64,000 nt of DNA from an uncultured Chloroflexia bacterium (GCA_963780425.1 CAWABZ010000015.1:147816-211815), one strand, 5' to 3'. Counted from the stretch's first letter, positions 1 to 9,719 are shown. The notes: generated by a model not told the origin, from the sequence alone. Made by a program: numbers and translations.

Positions 1-2130
1 TGGACCTCGAGCTCATCTCGGCGCAGCGAGGCGGCCGACATGTTCCCGCTCATGGACCCGCAGTACTTCGTCGGTGCGCTGTACGACCCGGTCGAGGGAC
101 ACGTCGATCCGACCGGGGTCACGCGCGCGTACGTCAAATGCGCGCAGCAAGCCGGCGCCGAGGTCCACCAGCACACGCCGGTCACCGCCCTCGAGCAGCG
201 GCCCGACGGCACGTGGGACGTGCGCCTCGAGAACGGCGAGTCGATCCACACGGAGCACGTCGTCAACGCCGGTGGTCTGTGGGCTCGCGAGGTCGGCCGG
301 ATGGTCGGGATCGAGCTGCCCGTGCTCGCGATGGAGCACCACTACCTCATCACCGAGGACATGCCCGAGGTCGCCGCACAGGTCGCCAAGACCGGCCACG
401 AGATGCCGATGGCGCTCGACTTCGCCGGCGAGATCTACATCCGCCAGGAAGGCGGCGCGATGCTGATGGGCACGTACGAGCAGGCGTGCGTGCCGTGGTC
501 GCCGCGCGAGACGCCGTGGGACTTCGGGTCGCAACTGCTGAAGCCGCAGCTCGACCGGATCACGCCGGAGCTGTCGGTCGCGTTCAAGCACTACCCGCCC
601 ATGCACACGACCGGCATCCGCCGCGTCGTCAACGGGCCGTTCACGTTCTCGCCCGACGGCAACCCGCTCGTCGGGCCGATCCGCGGCCTGCGCGGCTACT
701 GGGTCGCCTGCGCGGTGATGGCCGGGCTGTCGCAGGGCGGTGGGGTCGGGCTCGCGCTCGCGAACTGGATGACCGCGGGCGACGACGGCGACAGCGGCAT
801 GGATATCTGGGCGATGGATGTCGCGCGCTACGGCGACTACGCGACGCTCGGGTATACGAACGCCAAGGTCCAGGAGAACTACCGGCGCCGGTTCCGGATC
901 ACGTTCCCGAACGAGGAGCTGCCGGCCGGCCGACCGCTGCTCACGACGCCGATCTATGACCGGCTGACCGCGGCGAACGCCGTGTGGGGCGCGACGTTCG
1001 GACTCGAGCATGCGCTGTGGTTCCAGAAGGCCGGACTGGAGCCGAAGGAGGACGTGACGTTCCGCCGTTCGAACGCCTGGGAGTGTGTTGCCGAGGAGGT
1101 CACCGCCGTCCGCGAGCGGGTCGGGATGACGGAGATCTCGAACTACGCGAAGTACCGTGTCACCGGTCCCGGCGCCGAGTCGTGGCTGTCGTCGCTGCTG
1201 ACCCAGCGCATGCCGGCCCCGGGGCGGATCACGCTGACCGCGATGCTCAACGAGGCGGGTCGGATCGTCGGCGAGTTCACGGTCGCCCGCGCCTCGGAGG
1301 CCGACGAGTTCTACCTGTTCGGCTCCCTCCCGGCCGAGATCCACCACTCGCGCTGGTTCCGCCACCATCTGCCGGCCGACGGCTCGGTGCGGTTCGAGGT
1401 GCTGGGCCTGGGGCTGACCGGTCTGTCGATCACGGGGCCGCATGCCCGCGATGTCCTCAGCGCCGTCGCCCCCGATGTCGACCTGTCGACCGAGGCCTTC
1501 CCGTTCATGACGTTCAGGCAGGTCGATCTCGGCATGGTCCCGGCGCACGTGGCGCGGATCAACTACTCGGGCGATCTGGGCTACGAGCTGTGGGTCGCTC
1601 CGGAATACCAGCGGGCGCTGTTCGACCGGATCGTCGCGGCCGGCGAGCCGCACGGTCTGCGGCTGTTCGGCATGCGCGCCCTGATGTCGCTCCGGCTCGA
1701 GAAGAACTACGGGACGTGGTTCCGCGAGTACCGCCCGATCTATACGCCGGCCGAAGGTGGCATCACCAGGTACATCAAGCTCGACCACGACTTCATCGGG
1801 CGAGCCGCGCACGAGGCCGAGCTCGCGGGCGGCGGCCCCAAGCGCAGGCTGGTGGCATTCGTCGTCGAGCCCGATCCGGACGACCCTGCCGATGTCATCG
1901 GCGACGAGCCGGTGTGGCACGACGGGAAGGTCGTCGGCTGGGTCACGTCGGGTGGGTATCTCCATCACGTGAAGGAGTCACTCGCCCTGGGCTACGTGCC
2001 GACCGAGCTCGCGACGCCGGACGGCCCGGGCGGGAGCGGTTTCGAGATCGAGATCATCGGGAATCGCCGCCCGGCGCGGCTGCAGCCCGAGCCGCTGTTC
2101 GACCCGACCGGCGCAAGGATGCGCCAGTGA
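1..2130 (+). CDS. FAD-dependent oxidoreductase fused to a GcvT-type aminomethyltransferase domain (dimethylglycine/sarcosine dehydrogenase-oxidase family); the 5' end lies outside the window
   Basis: Track ORF 40..2130 stays open back to nt 1 in the same frame. The N-terminal part looks like a DAO-type flavoenzyme. The C-terminal part has GcvT-like segments (INYSGDLGYELW, GMRALMSLRLEKNYG). The stop overlaps the next start (GTGA). Confidence 0.85.
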   Translation, partial: WTSSSSRRSEAADMFPLMDPQYFVGALYDPVEGHVDPTGVTRAYVKCAQQAGAEVHQHTPVTALEQRPDGTWDVRLENGESIHTEHVVNAGGLWAREVGRMVGIELPVLAMEHHYLITEDMPEVAAQVAKTGHEMPMALDFAGEIYIRQEGGAMLMGTYEQACVPWSPRETPWDFGSQLLKPQLDRITPELSVAFKHYPPMHTTGIRRVVNGPFTFSPDGNPLVGPIRGLRGYWVACAVMAGLSQGGGVGLALANWMTAGDDGDSGMDIWAMDVARYGDYATLGYTNAKVQENYRRRFRITFPNEELPAGRPLLTTPIYDRLTAANAVWGATFGLEHALWFQKAGLEPKEDVTFRRSNAWECVAEEVTAVRERVGMTEISNYAKYRVTGPGAESWLSSLLTQRMPAPGRITLTAMLNEAGRIVGEFTVARASEADEFYLFGSLPAEIHHSRWFRHHLPADGSVRFEVLGLGLTGLSITGPHARDVLSAVAPDVDLSTEAFPFMTFRQVDLGMVPAHVARINYSGDLGYELWVAPEYQRALFDRIVAAGEPHGLRLFGMRALMSLRLEKNYGTWFREYRPIYTPAEGGITRYIKLDHDFIGRAAHEAELAGGGPKRRLVAFVVEPDPDDPADVIGDEPVWHDGKVVGWVTSGGYLHHVKESLALGYVPTELATPDGPGGSGFEIEIIGNRRPARLQPEPLFDPTGARMRQ

Positions 2131-4383
2131 CCGACCCGCCCAAGGCGAGTGCCTCGGTCGAAGCCGGGCGCATCGTCGTCGATGGGCGCCCGGTCGTATT
2201 CGAGCCCGGCGAGTCCGTGGCGCTGGCGATCCTCCGGACGGGTGCGACACCGGCCGGCGGCGGGACGCTCTGCCTGACGGGCGACTGCGGGAACTGCCTC
2301 GCTCAGGTCGACGGCGTCGCGTACGTCCGGACCTGCCAGGAACGCGCCCGACCGGGGCTGGCCGTCGTCCGGCATCCCGCCGACGGTCTGCCGCCGCTGC
2401 CGACCATCTCGGGCGCGGATCTGTCGGCGTCGCTCTCGGGGCCCGACATCGAGGTCCTGCGCGCCGAGGTCGACGTCGCGGTGATCGGCGCGGGCGACAG
2501 CGGCCGCGAGGCGGCCTCGACGGCGGAGGGCGCCGGCAAGCGGGTCCTCCTTCTCGATGCCGAGGGCGGCGACGAGGTCGTCGGTGTCTATCCGGGCCCG
2601 ATGGTCGTTGTCCGCACACCGACATTGATGCTCCATGTCTATGCCCAGGAGATCGTGGTCGCCACTGGCGCCGCCGAACTCCACCCGGTCGTCCCGGGCA
2701 GCCAGCTCGAGGGCATCGTGACCTCCCGCGCCGCCCAGCGACTGCACGCCGCTGGCGTGGACCTGGGCGCGGCGATCGCTGTCGGGACGCCACCCGCTGG
2801 CGTGCCGAGCATCCCGGTGGCTGGCCAACTCATCCGGCTGGAAGGCGATGAGCATGGTCGTGTCCGGGCGGTCGTGACGGCCGACGACTGGATCGGGGCG
2901 GAGACCACGACTCCGTGCGACACCGTCATCGTCGGGCTCGGTTTCGCGCCGCGAGACGTGCTCGCCCGGATGGCCGGCGAACTGCCACTCAGCGTGGTGG
3001 GAGCGGCGGCGCAGGCGATCGCTCTGCCCCCGGCGCCGACGGCCGGGATCGTCTGCCCCTGCTCGGGGACCACGGTCGATGACCTGCAGGCCGCCTGGGA
3101 TCGGGGCTTCCAGGAGCTCGAGCTGCTCAAGCGGGCCAGCCTCGCCTGTCTGGGCACGTGCCAGGGCAGCGCGTGCCTGCCGCACGTGCGCGCGTGGATC
3201 GCGGCACGGACCGGCGAGGTGCCGGCGCCCTTCACCGCCCGACCAGCGTCGCGCCAGATCACGCTGGCCGAGGCCGCTGCGGACACCCAGGTGGACGTGT
3301 TCCGGCGAACGCCCCTCCACGACGAGCACCTCGCGCTCGGTGGGCGGCTCGATCGGTTCGGGAACTGGTGGCGGCCGTGGCACTACGGCGACGCGATCGC
3401 CGAGTATTGGAGCGTCCGCGAGGGCGTGTCGGTCGGCGACGTGAGCACGCTCGGGAAGATCGTCGTGTCGGGCCCCGACGTCGTGGAGTTCCTCGAGCGG
3501 CTGTACCCCTGCCACGTCGCCGACATCCGGCCGGGCCGCTCGCGCTACGCGCTACTGCTCAACGAACGCGGCCACATCATGGACGACGGCATGATCCTGC
3601 GGGAAGCCGAGACCCGGTTCGTGCTGACGTTCACCTCGGGTGGTGCCGCGAACGCCGAGATGTGGCTCCGCGACTGGGTCGACGAGTGGGGCCTCCGCGT
3701 CCATGTGATGGACCGCACGATGTCCCTCGCCGCGATCAACGTGACGGGGCCGCTCGCAGGCCAGCTCCTGCGGCGCGCCGGTCTGGCCGACCCGCCCGCG
3801 TTCCTCGGCCACGTCCACGCCGATGTGGCGGGCGTCCCGTGCCACGTCATGCGGCTGTCGTTCACGGGCGAGGCGTCCTGGGAGCTGCACCATCCGGTCG
3901 ACCGGTCGGTGGAGCTGTGGCGGGCCCTCCTGGCGATGGGCGAGGAGTGGGGCATCCGCCCGCATGGGCTCAAGGCGCTGTTCGGGCTGCGGCTCGAGAA
4001 GGGCCACGTGATCGTGGGGATGGACACCGAGCTGGACACCACGCCCCGCCGGGTCGGCATGCCGTGGGCGGTCCGCATGGACAAGCCGGCGTTCATCGGT
4101 CGCGCGGCGCTCGAGCGGACCGCGAAGCAGCCCGACCACCGCCGGCTGCGCGGGTTCACGATGGAGGGCCACTGCGCCGATCGAGGGTTCGCCGATCTTC
4201 GTCGGCGGCGAGATCATCGGCCATATCTCGGGCAGCTGGGCATCGCCGATCCTGGAGAAGACCGTGATGCTCGGCTGGCTCAAGCGGCTGCCGTTCGCCG
4301 AGACGGTCCAGATCGATGGTCGCGAAGCCGTCGTCACGCCGACTCCGTTCTATGACCCGGAGGGCCACCGTGCACGTGCTTAA
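2127..4383 (+). pseudogene. soxA: Sarcosine oxidase alpha subunit-like gene (2Fe-2S, FAD/NAD, BFD-like 2Fe-2S and GcvT domains) with one apparent +1 frameshift near nt 4170; could be a pseudogene or a sequencing error
   Basis: GTG 2127 overlaps the upstream stop. Motifs seen: CLTGDCGNCLAQVDG, VAVIGAGDSG, CPCSGTTVDDL...CLGTCQGSAC, then a GcvT-like region. Frame 0 turns Arg-rich after GFTMEG. The conserved end APIEGSPIFVGGEIIGHISGSW...PFYDPEG continues in the +1 frame to TAA 4381..4383. Confidence 0.8.
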
Positions 4384-4792
4384 GGCGCCGGGCGTCCGGG
4401 TCGTCGCGTCGCCCGAGGCGATCGATGGGGCCGAATGGCAGCACCCCGGCGAGGACTCCGAGGACTTCGAGGACTTCGAGCCCCTGGTCCTGCGGTTCGC
4501 GCCGGACGAGGCCTTCGCGATCGGGGCGACCGGTGTCCGCATCGACGACCCCGACGCCATCACCGAGGCCGAGGTCGGCTACGTCGCGCTGATGCTCCCC
4601 GTCGACGAGTTCATCGACTTCGTCGTGCCCAGGATCGAATGGCCGGCGCCGGCCACCCGCCCGGCGTTCGCCCAGGGATCCATCGCGGGCGTGCCGGCCA
4701 AGCTGTACATCGACTCGACCGGCGCAGCGACGGTCTTCGTCCTCGCCGCGCATCTCGACGATCTCCTGGCCCGGCTCCCGGTGCCGTCGTGA
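4370..4792 (+). CDS. soxG: Probable sarcosine oxidase gamma subunit
   Basis: GTG 4370 overlaps the frame-corrected soxA stop. It encodes a 140-aa acidic protein whose TGA (4790..4792) overlaps the soxB GTG. The call rests on position and size between soxA and soxB, not on a strong motif. Confidence 0.55.
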   Translation: MHVLKAPGVRVVASPEAIDGAEWQHPGEDSEDFEDFEPLVLRFAPDEAFAIGATGVRIDDPDAITEAEVGYVALMLPVDEFIDFVVPRIEWPAPATRPAFAQGSIAGVPAKLYIDSTGAATVFVLAAHLDDLLARLPVPS

Positions 4793-6012
4793 GGACCGGG
4801 ATCGCCGCCGGCTACGTCGCGACGCTGCCGACCCTGCTCTGGGATGAGCCGCGCGATGCCTACGACGTCGTGATCGTCGGTGGCGGCGGGCACGGCCTGT
4901 CGACCGCGTATTACCTGGCGACCCGCCACGGCATCACGAACGTGGCCGTCTTCGAAGCCGATTACATCGCGTCCGGGAATACCGGGCGGAACACGACCAT
5001 CATCCGCGCCAACTACGGACTGCCCGAGGCGATCCGCTTCTACCAGCACTCGCTGGAGATGTATCGCGACCTGGAGGACGAGGTCGGCGCCGCGATCCTC
5101 CACCAGACGAAAGGCATCTTCTGGCTGGCTCACACCGAGATGGCGCTACGGACCGAGCGTGCGCGGGCGGCGATGAACACCGCGGTCGGCGCCAAGACCG
5201 TGATGGTCAGTCCGGCCGAGATCAAGGAGCTGGTCCCGCAGATCGACCTCACGGGTGGGCGCCGGTACCCCGTCCTTGGCGCCTCACACCACCTCGAGGC
5301 TGCCACGGCGCGCCACGACCGGGTGGCATGGGCCTACGCGGCGGGTGCCGCACGTCGTGGGGTCCACATCATCCAGCACACACCGGTCACCGGCCTCGTG
5401 CGGGACGGCGACCGTGTCGTCGGCGTCGAGACCCCGCGCGGCCAGATCGCCGCCGGCATCGTGCTGTCGGCGGTCGGCGGGCGGGTCAGCGCATTGGCTG
5501 CTCAGGCAGGCCTCCGCCTGCCGGTCCGGACGCACCCGCTCCATGCGTTCGTGACCAACGACTACGCGCAGGGGTTCGGCCCGATCGTCGCCAGCACAGA
5601 GCTCATGTGCTACGTGTCCCAGACCGAGCGGGGGCAGATGCTGATCGGGGCGGAGTTCGACGCGCAGCCCTCGTACTCGCGCCAGTCGTCGTTCGCGGCC
5701 CTGCGCGGGTACGCCCACAAGGTCACGCGCATCTTGCCGTTCCTGCGCGACCTGCGGATCCTGCGGACGTGGGCCGGCATCTGCGACATCTCGGTCGATT
5801 TCTCGCCGATCATGGGCTTCACCGGCGTCGACGGATTCCTCGTGACGACCGGCTGGGGGACGTGGGGCTTCAAGGCGATCCCCGCCGGCGGCGAGGCGAT
5901 GGCCGAATTGATCGCCACAGGCCGCACCCCGGCTCTCATCGAGCCGTTCGCCCTCGATCGATTCCGACGCGACCACGCACTCGCCGACCAGGGCTCGGCG
6001 GGGACGCGCTGA
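4789..6012 (+). CDS. soxB: Sarcosine oxidase beta subunit (FAD-dependent)
   Basis: GTG 4789. Motifs: DVVIVGGGGHGLSTAYYL dinucleotide fold, SGNTGRNTTIIRANY, TTGWGTWGFKAIPAGG. The first 118 codons of track ORF 4435..6012 overlap soxG and do not look protein-like. Confidence 0.9.
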   Translation: MRTGIAAGYVATLPTLLWDEPRDAYDVVIVGGGGHGLSTAYYLATRHGITNVAVFEADYIASGNTGRNTTIIRANYGLPEAIRFYQHSLEMYRDLEDEVGAAILHQTKGIFWLAHTEMALRTERARAAMNTAVGAKTVMVSPAEIKELVPQIDLTGGRRYPVLGASHHLEAATARHDRVAWAYAAGAARRGVHIIQHTPVTGLVRDGDRVVGVETPRGQIAAGIVLSAVGGRVSALAAQAGLRLPVRTHPLHAFVTNDYAQGFGPIVASTELMCYVSQTERGQMLIGAEFDAQPSYSRQSSFAALRGYAHKVTRILPFLRDLRILRTWAGICDISVDFSPIMGFTGVDGFLVTTGWGTWGFKAIPAGGEAMAELIATGRTPALIEPFALDRFRRDHALADQGSAGTR

Positions 6013-6257
6013 TGCTGTGGCTCGATTGCCCGCGCTGCGGTCGGCGGCCGCTCGAGGAGTTCACGTTCGGTGGCGAACGGCGCCATGTCCCCGACTGGAT
6101 CACCGACCCGGATGAGCGCGATTTCGACGAGGTCTGGGTGTTCGAGAATCCCGATGGCGTGACGACCGAGCGCTGGTTCCACGCCCATGGCTGTCGGCGC
6201 TGGCTGACCGTCCGGCGTGACACGAGCCTCGACCAGGTGCTCGAGGTGCTGCCGTGA
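6012..6257 (+). CDS. soxD: Sarcosine oxidase delta subunit (small zinc-binding subunit)
   Basis: ATG 6012 overlaps the soxB stop (TGATG). The 81-aa protein reads MLWLDCPRCGRRPLEEFTFGGE...HAHGC, a Cys/His pattern typical of the delta subunit. Confidence 0.8.
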   Translation: MLWLDCPRCGRRPLEEFTFGGERRHVPDWITDPDERDFDEVWVFENPDGVTTERWFHAHGCRRWLTVRRDTSLDQVLEVLP

Positions 6258-7441
6258 CCGGTCTGGCTGATCGCGAGATCGAGATCACGCTGCGGAACCG
6301 GGTCGTGTTCGGGGTGGGCGCACTGAGGCGGCTCCCCGAGCTGGTCGCCGCAGCCGGTGGTTCCCGAGTCTTCCTCGTGACCGACCCGGGCGTTGTCGTC
6401 GCGGGTCTCGCCGCCGATGTCTGCGACGGCCTCTCGACCGCGCGCCTGCCCTTCGTGATGTTCAGCGAGGTCGAGCCGAACCCGTCCGGCGCGACGGTGG
6501 AGTTTGGCGCGATGACACTGCGCAGCTTCGGGCTCGATGGGACGGTGGTCGTCGCGCTCGGCGGCGGGTCCGCGATGGACGCGGCCAAGGGGATCGCGCT
6601 CCGAGCGGCCAACGACATACCCCTGTGGGAGATCGAGTACGACGGGCCGACGCTCGCACCCGGCCGCCCCATCGTCGCCGTGCCGACCACGGCGGGGACG
6701 GGCTCCGAGGCACACCCGTTCGCCGTCATCACGCACGAGGAGCTCGGGCGCAAGGACTACATCGGGCACCGGTCGCTGCTGCCGGTCACGACGATCCTGG
6801 ATCCGGGGCTGACGGTCGGGTTGCCAGCCGGTGTGACCGCCGCGACCGGGGTCGACGCGCTGACCCACTCCCTCGAATCGCTGCTGTCGCGGAACGGCAA
6901 CCCGTTCGCCGAGGCGACGGCTCTCGGCGTGATCCGGACCGTGGTCGAATGGCTGCCGCGGGCCGTGGCCGACGGCACGGACCTCGAGGCGCGGTCGCAG
7001 ATGCTCATGGCGGCGCACCTGGCCGGGGTCGGGCAGGCGAGCGGGACGGGCGTCGGTCTCGTTCACGCCCTCGGGCACGCGCTCGGCACGCGCGGTCGGC
7101 TGGCGCATGGGACGGCCCTCGCGGCCGTGTTGCCGGAAGTGCTCGGGTTCTACGCGGCCGAGCCCGGCCTGCGCGATCGCGAGCTGGCTCTCGTCGGGGT
7201 CGCGATCCGGGCGGCCAGCCCGACCGAGCAGCCGGCGACCGCAGCGGGCGCGGCGATCGGCGAGCTGCGCCGGTTCCTGGCGGGTGTCGGGCAGCGCAAC
7301 CGCCTGGCTGCCCTCGGCTTCGACGGGGCCGCCCTCGACGTCGTCGCGCAGGACGCCATCGACGACGCAGCGATCAAGAACTCGCCCAAGCTTCCGTCGC
7401 TCGACGAGGCGCGGGCGATCCTGGAGTCGGTCGCCGCCTGA
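6254..7441 (+). CDS. Iron-containing (group III) alcohol dehydrogenase
   Basis: GTG 6254 overlaps the soxD stop. It carries the GGGSAMDAAKGIAL motif and a His-rich metal-site region (THSLESLL, VHALGHALG). Length is 395 aa. Confidence 0.85.
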   Translation: MTGLADREIEITLRNRVVFGVGALRRLPELVAAAGGSRVFLVTDPGVVVAGLAADVCDGLSTARLPFVMFSEVEPNPSGATVEFGAMTLRSFGLDGTVVVALGGGSAMDAAKGIALRAANDIPLWEIEYDGPTLAPGRPIVAVPTTAGTGSEAHPFAVITHEELGRKDYIGHRSLLPVTTILDPGLTVGLPAGVTAATGVDALTHSLESLLSRNGNPFAEATALGVIRTVVEWLPRAVADGTDLEARSQMLMAAHLAGVGQASGTGVGLVHALGHALGTRGRLAHGTALAAVLPEVLGFYAAEPGLRDRELALVGVAIRAASPTEQPATAAGAAIGELRRFLAGVGQRNRLAALGFDGAALDVVAQDAIDDAAIKNSPKLPSLDEARAILESVAA

Positions 7442-7495
7442 CGGATCGGAATGCTGGCTCGACGGCGCCCCGCAAAACAGGTCGTGGCGGCGAGC

Positions 7496-7918
7496 TCAGC
7501 CCGGGGCGACGACCCTCGCCTGCACCTCGATCGGCGGGCCTTCGCGGATCGCACGCGGGATCTCCGCCACCCGCTCCACCTCGGCGATCAGGGCGCGCAC
7601 CTGGTCCTCCGGCGCGCGACTCCGGACGACGACCTCGACCGTGACGGGCGTGGAGCCCGATCCTCGCGCCGGAAAGTCGCCGTCGACCGAGATCTCGACG
7701 CCATCGAGCTCGATGCCCATCGTCGTCGCCTCGCGATAGAGGTCGTTCGACCAGCACGCCGCGATCGACATGTAGAGCAACTGGCCGCCGTTGAAGCCCA
7801 GTCCCCGACCACCCGCCGCGGCGGGTCGATCGACGACGAGCGTGAACGGCCCGGCCTCACCGAGCGCCGTCGGGCCGTCCCCGACGGTCCGGAGTCGGAC
7901 GCGATACGCGTCGGACAC
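7496..7918 (-). CDS. OsmC/Ohr-family protein
   Basis: 140 aa with an OsmC-like length and pattern (GFNGGQLLYMSIAACWSNDL). It converges on the ADH gene. Confidence 0.65.
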   Translation of the reverse strand: MSDAYRVRLRTVGDGPTALGEAGPFTLVVDRPAAAGGRGLGFNGGQLLYMSIAACWSNDLYREATTMGIELDGVEISVDGDFPARGSGSTPVTVEVVVRSRAPEDQVRALIAEVERVAEIPRAIREGPPIEVQARVVAPG

Positions 7919-7927
7919 TCCGCCTGC

Positions 7928-8878
7928 CTAGCCCTGCTCGATCAGCGGCTTCACCTCGCCGATGAAGCGCTCGAACGTCTCGACGTCGTATGGCGCCGGC
8001 TGCTCGGAGATCACGGTCCGGAACCCGAGGTCGACGTACGGGCGAAGCCTGTCGGCCAGCTGCTCGGGCGTCCCGTTCCAGAACGTGTCGTCGTCCTCGA
8101 CCTCGGACATCGGCGTCTTGTTGTACTCCATATTGGCCTTCCAGACCCGATCTGCCTCGGCCGCGCTGTCGCGGATCGTGAGCTTGACGCCGAGCGTGAA
8201 TTCGATCTCGGCGATATCGCGACCCACCTCCTCGCAGTGGCGCTTGAGCACGTCGACCTTGTGCGCCATCAACTCGAGCGGCCCCATCGCGTTCCACATG
8301 TCCGCGTACTTCGCCACGGTCCGGAGGGTCTTCTTCTCACCGCTGCCACCGATCATGATCGGCAGCCGACGCTGGACCGGAAGCGGCTGGTGGCGCAGGT
8401 CGTTGAAGGCGTATCGACCGCCCGGCGGCGAGGTTACCGTCCCGCCATCGAGCACGGTGCGCATCGCAGCGACAGCCTCGTCCATCCAGTCGAGTCGCTG
8501 GCCGAAGCCGGACCCGAAGTCGATGCCGTGGGCCGTGTGCTCGAGCTCGAACCACGCCCCGCCGATCCCCAGGATCGCCCGGCCGTCGCTGATGTGATCC
8601 AGCGTCGCGGCCAGCTTCGCGGTGAGACCCGGGTTGCGGAACGTGTTCGCGCCGACGAGCAGGCCGAGTCGCGCCCTTTCCGTCGCCATGGCCCAGGCGG
8701 CCAGAGTCGTCCACCCTTCGACGATCGGCTGGTACGGGTCACCGAAGATCGCGTAGATGTGGTCCCAGGTCCAAACATGGTCGTAGCCGAGCCGGTCGAC
8801 GCGCTTGGCAGCATCGAGCATCTCGGGCCACGTCGCACCCTGGCTCCACAACAGGATGCCGGTCTTGAGGTCGGTCAC
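7928..8878 (-). CDS. LLM-class (luciferase-like) F420-dependent oxidoreductase
   Basis: 316 aa with GYDHVWTWDH, LGLLVGANTFRNPGL, RAILGIGGAW and PIMIGGSGEKKTLR, as in luciferase-like TIM-barrel oxidoreductases. Confidence 0.8.
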   Translation of the reverse strand: MTDLKTGILLWSQGATWPEMLDAAKRVDRLGYDHVWTWDHIYAIFGDPYQPIVEGWTTLAAWAMATERARLGLLVGANTFRNPGLTAKLAATLDHISDGRAILGIGGAWFELEHTAHGIDFGSGFGQRLDWMDEAVAAMRTVLDGGTVTSPPGGRYAFNDLRHQPLPVQRRLPIMIGGSGEKKTLRTVAKYADMWNAMGPLELMAHKVDVLKRHCEEVGRDIAEIEFTLGVKLTIRDSAAEADRVWKANMEYNKTPMSEVEDDDTFWNGTPEQLADRLRPYVDLGFRTVISEQPAPYDVETFERFIGEVKPLIEQG

Positions 8879-8988
8879 AGATGGCCTCCGAATGCTTCTT
8901 GCGGGGACGCCCAGTCTAGGCGCGGCCGAGGTGACGCGACAGCCGCCGAGGTGCGCGATACCGAGCCGGAGCGACCTACACTCGGCGG

Positions 8989-9381
8989 GTGTTCCGCCGG
9001 GCGATCCCGCTCATCGTCGTCTTGATGATCCTGACCGCGTGCGCCGGTTTCGATCCTCGACCCCAGGGCAAGATCACACTCTACGGGCGCAACGAGGCAC
9101 CCGGCATGGCCTGGTTCGGGGTGACGCCCAGGGGTGATCCGCCGGAGACGGTCGGCTTCGGACCCGACATCGGTGTGGCGTGCCTGACCGGCCCTGCCGG
9201 TTCGGATCTCGTGGCATACGACGGCGATCCGACCGCCGGCGGCAGGCCGGGGCGCCTGCTCGGCCGGGTGCCGGGTGACGCGAACGAGCTCGCCATGTGG
9301 GTGGACGTGGCGGGAGATGGGACGCTCACGACGGGGAACGGTGTGCCGGCCTGGTGGGTCGGCGACGCGCAGACCTGCTGA
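8989..9381 (+). CDS. Hypothetical lipoprotein
   Basis: GTG start and a signal peptide with a lipobox (IPLIVVLMILTAC). No recognisable domain. Confidence 0.6.
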   Translation: MFRRAIPLIVVLMILTACAGFDPRPQGKITLYGRNEAPGMAWFGVTPRGDPPETVGFGPDIGVACLTGPAGSDLVAYDGDPTAGGRPGRLLGRVPGDANELAMWVDVAGDGTLTTGNGVPAWWVGDAQTC

Positions 9382-9408
9382 CCGCCCGGCCAGCGGCGAA
9401 CTGACACA

Positions 9409-9583
9409 ACGCGCATCTCCACGACCTTATGGCGGCCGCTCGGCCGATGCCGATCCGTCGATGCCCACGTCCGTGCCGAAGTCGTGCGTGGGAAGCGACA
9501 GATCGCCGCATCGGCGTCGCGTAGGCCCGCATCGCGACCTCGGGACGACTTCGCGGGCGCCATAAGGTTGTCCCGATGCGCGT
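9409..9583. repeat. Imperfect 26-nt inverted repeat (arms 9409..9434 and 9558..9583) enclosing about 120 nt, in a convergent intergenic region
   Basis: Arm 1 is acgcgcatctccacgaccttatggcg. The reverse complement of arm 2 is acgcgcatcgggacaaccttatggcg, with 22 of 26 positions identical. An inner pair cgaagtcgt (9477..9485) / acgacttcg (9545..9553) is also present. Confidence 0.6.
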
Positions 9584-9602
9584 ATTTCAGGGTCGCTGTC
9601 CC

Positions 9603-9705
9603 GGGCGCCGGTGCTGGGGCGCTCGGTGTGCCGGGCGCCCGCCGTGAGAGCGCCGGTGCCGGGCGCCCGCCGTGAGGGCGCCCGCCGCGAGGGCGCCCGC
9701 CCGGC
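9603..9705. repeat. GC-rich tandem repeats
   Basis: gtgccgggcgcccgccgtgag occurs at 9628..9648 and 9656..9676 (period 28). gagggcgcccgcc occurs at 9674..9686 and 9689..9701. Confidence 0.8.
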
Positions 9706-9719
9706 CCACGTGACCGGGC

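Noticed and set aside
13-1968. Very long antisense or off-frame ORFs throughout the window. Examples: 13..1968 (-), 1992..3515 (-), 5936..7108 (-), 7451..9025 (+), 13520..15295 (-), 20590..22020 (-), 23903..25321 (-), 24672..26387 (-), 27773..29407 (-), 30767..32173 (-), 30829..32889 (+), 34164..35672 (-), 44067..45077 (-), 47357..48808 (+), 55403..56509 (-), 62762..63772 (-).
   Set aside because: Their translations are dominated by Arg, Pro, Gly, Ala and Asp, as expected from off-frame reading of GC-rich DNA where stop codons are rare. Each lies opposite or out of frame with an ORF that carries clear family motifs.
984-2126. N-terminal extensions of track ORFs that would make genes overlap heavily: 984..2126 for soxA, 4435..4788 for soxB, 5328..6011 for soxD, 13754..13945 for the PLP enzyme, 16948..17508 for the NERD protein, 33876..34025 for pntAA and 46350..46853 for the CPBP protease.
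   Set aside because: The extensions are Arg/Pro-rich and overlap the well-supported upstream gene. Internal ATG/GTG starts give canonical N-termini and the 1-4-nt overlaps typical of this operon style.
9603-9705. A possible CRISPR array suggested by the repeated 21-mer and 13-mer.
   Set aside because: There are only two copies of each unit, they are contiguous or overlapping with no unique spacers of regular length, and there are no cas genes in the window. It is a simple GC-rich tandem repeat.
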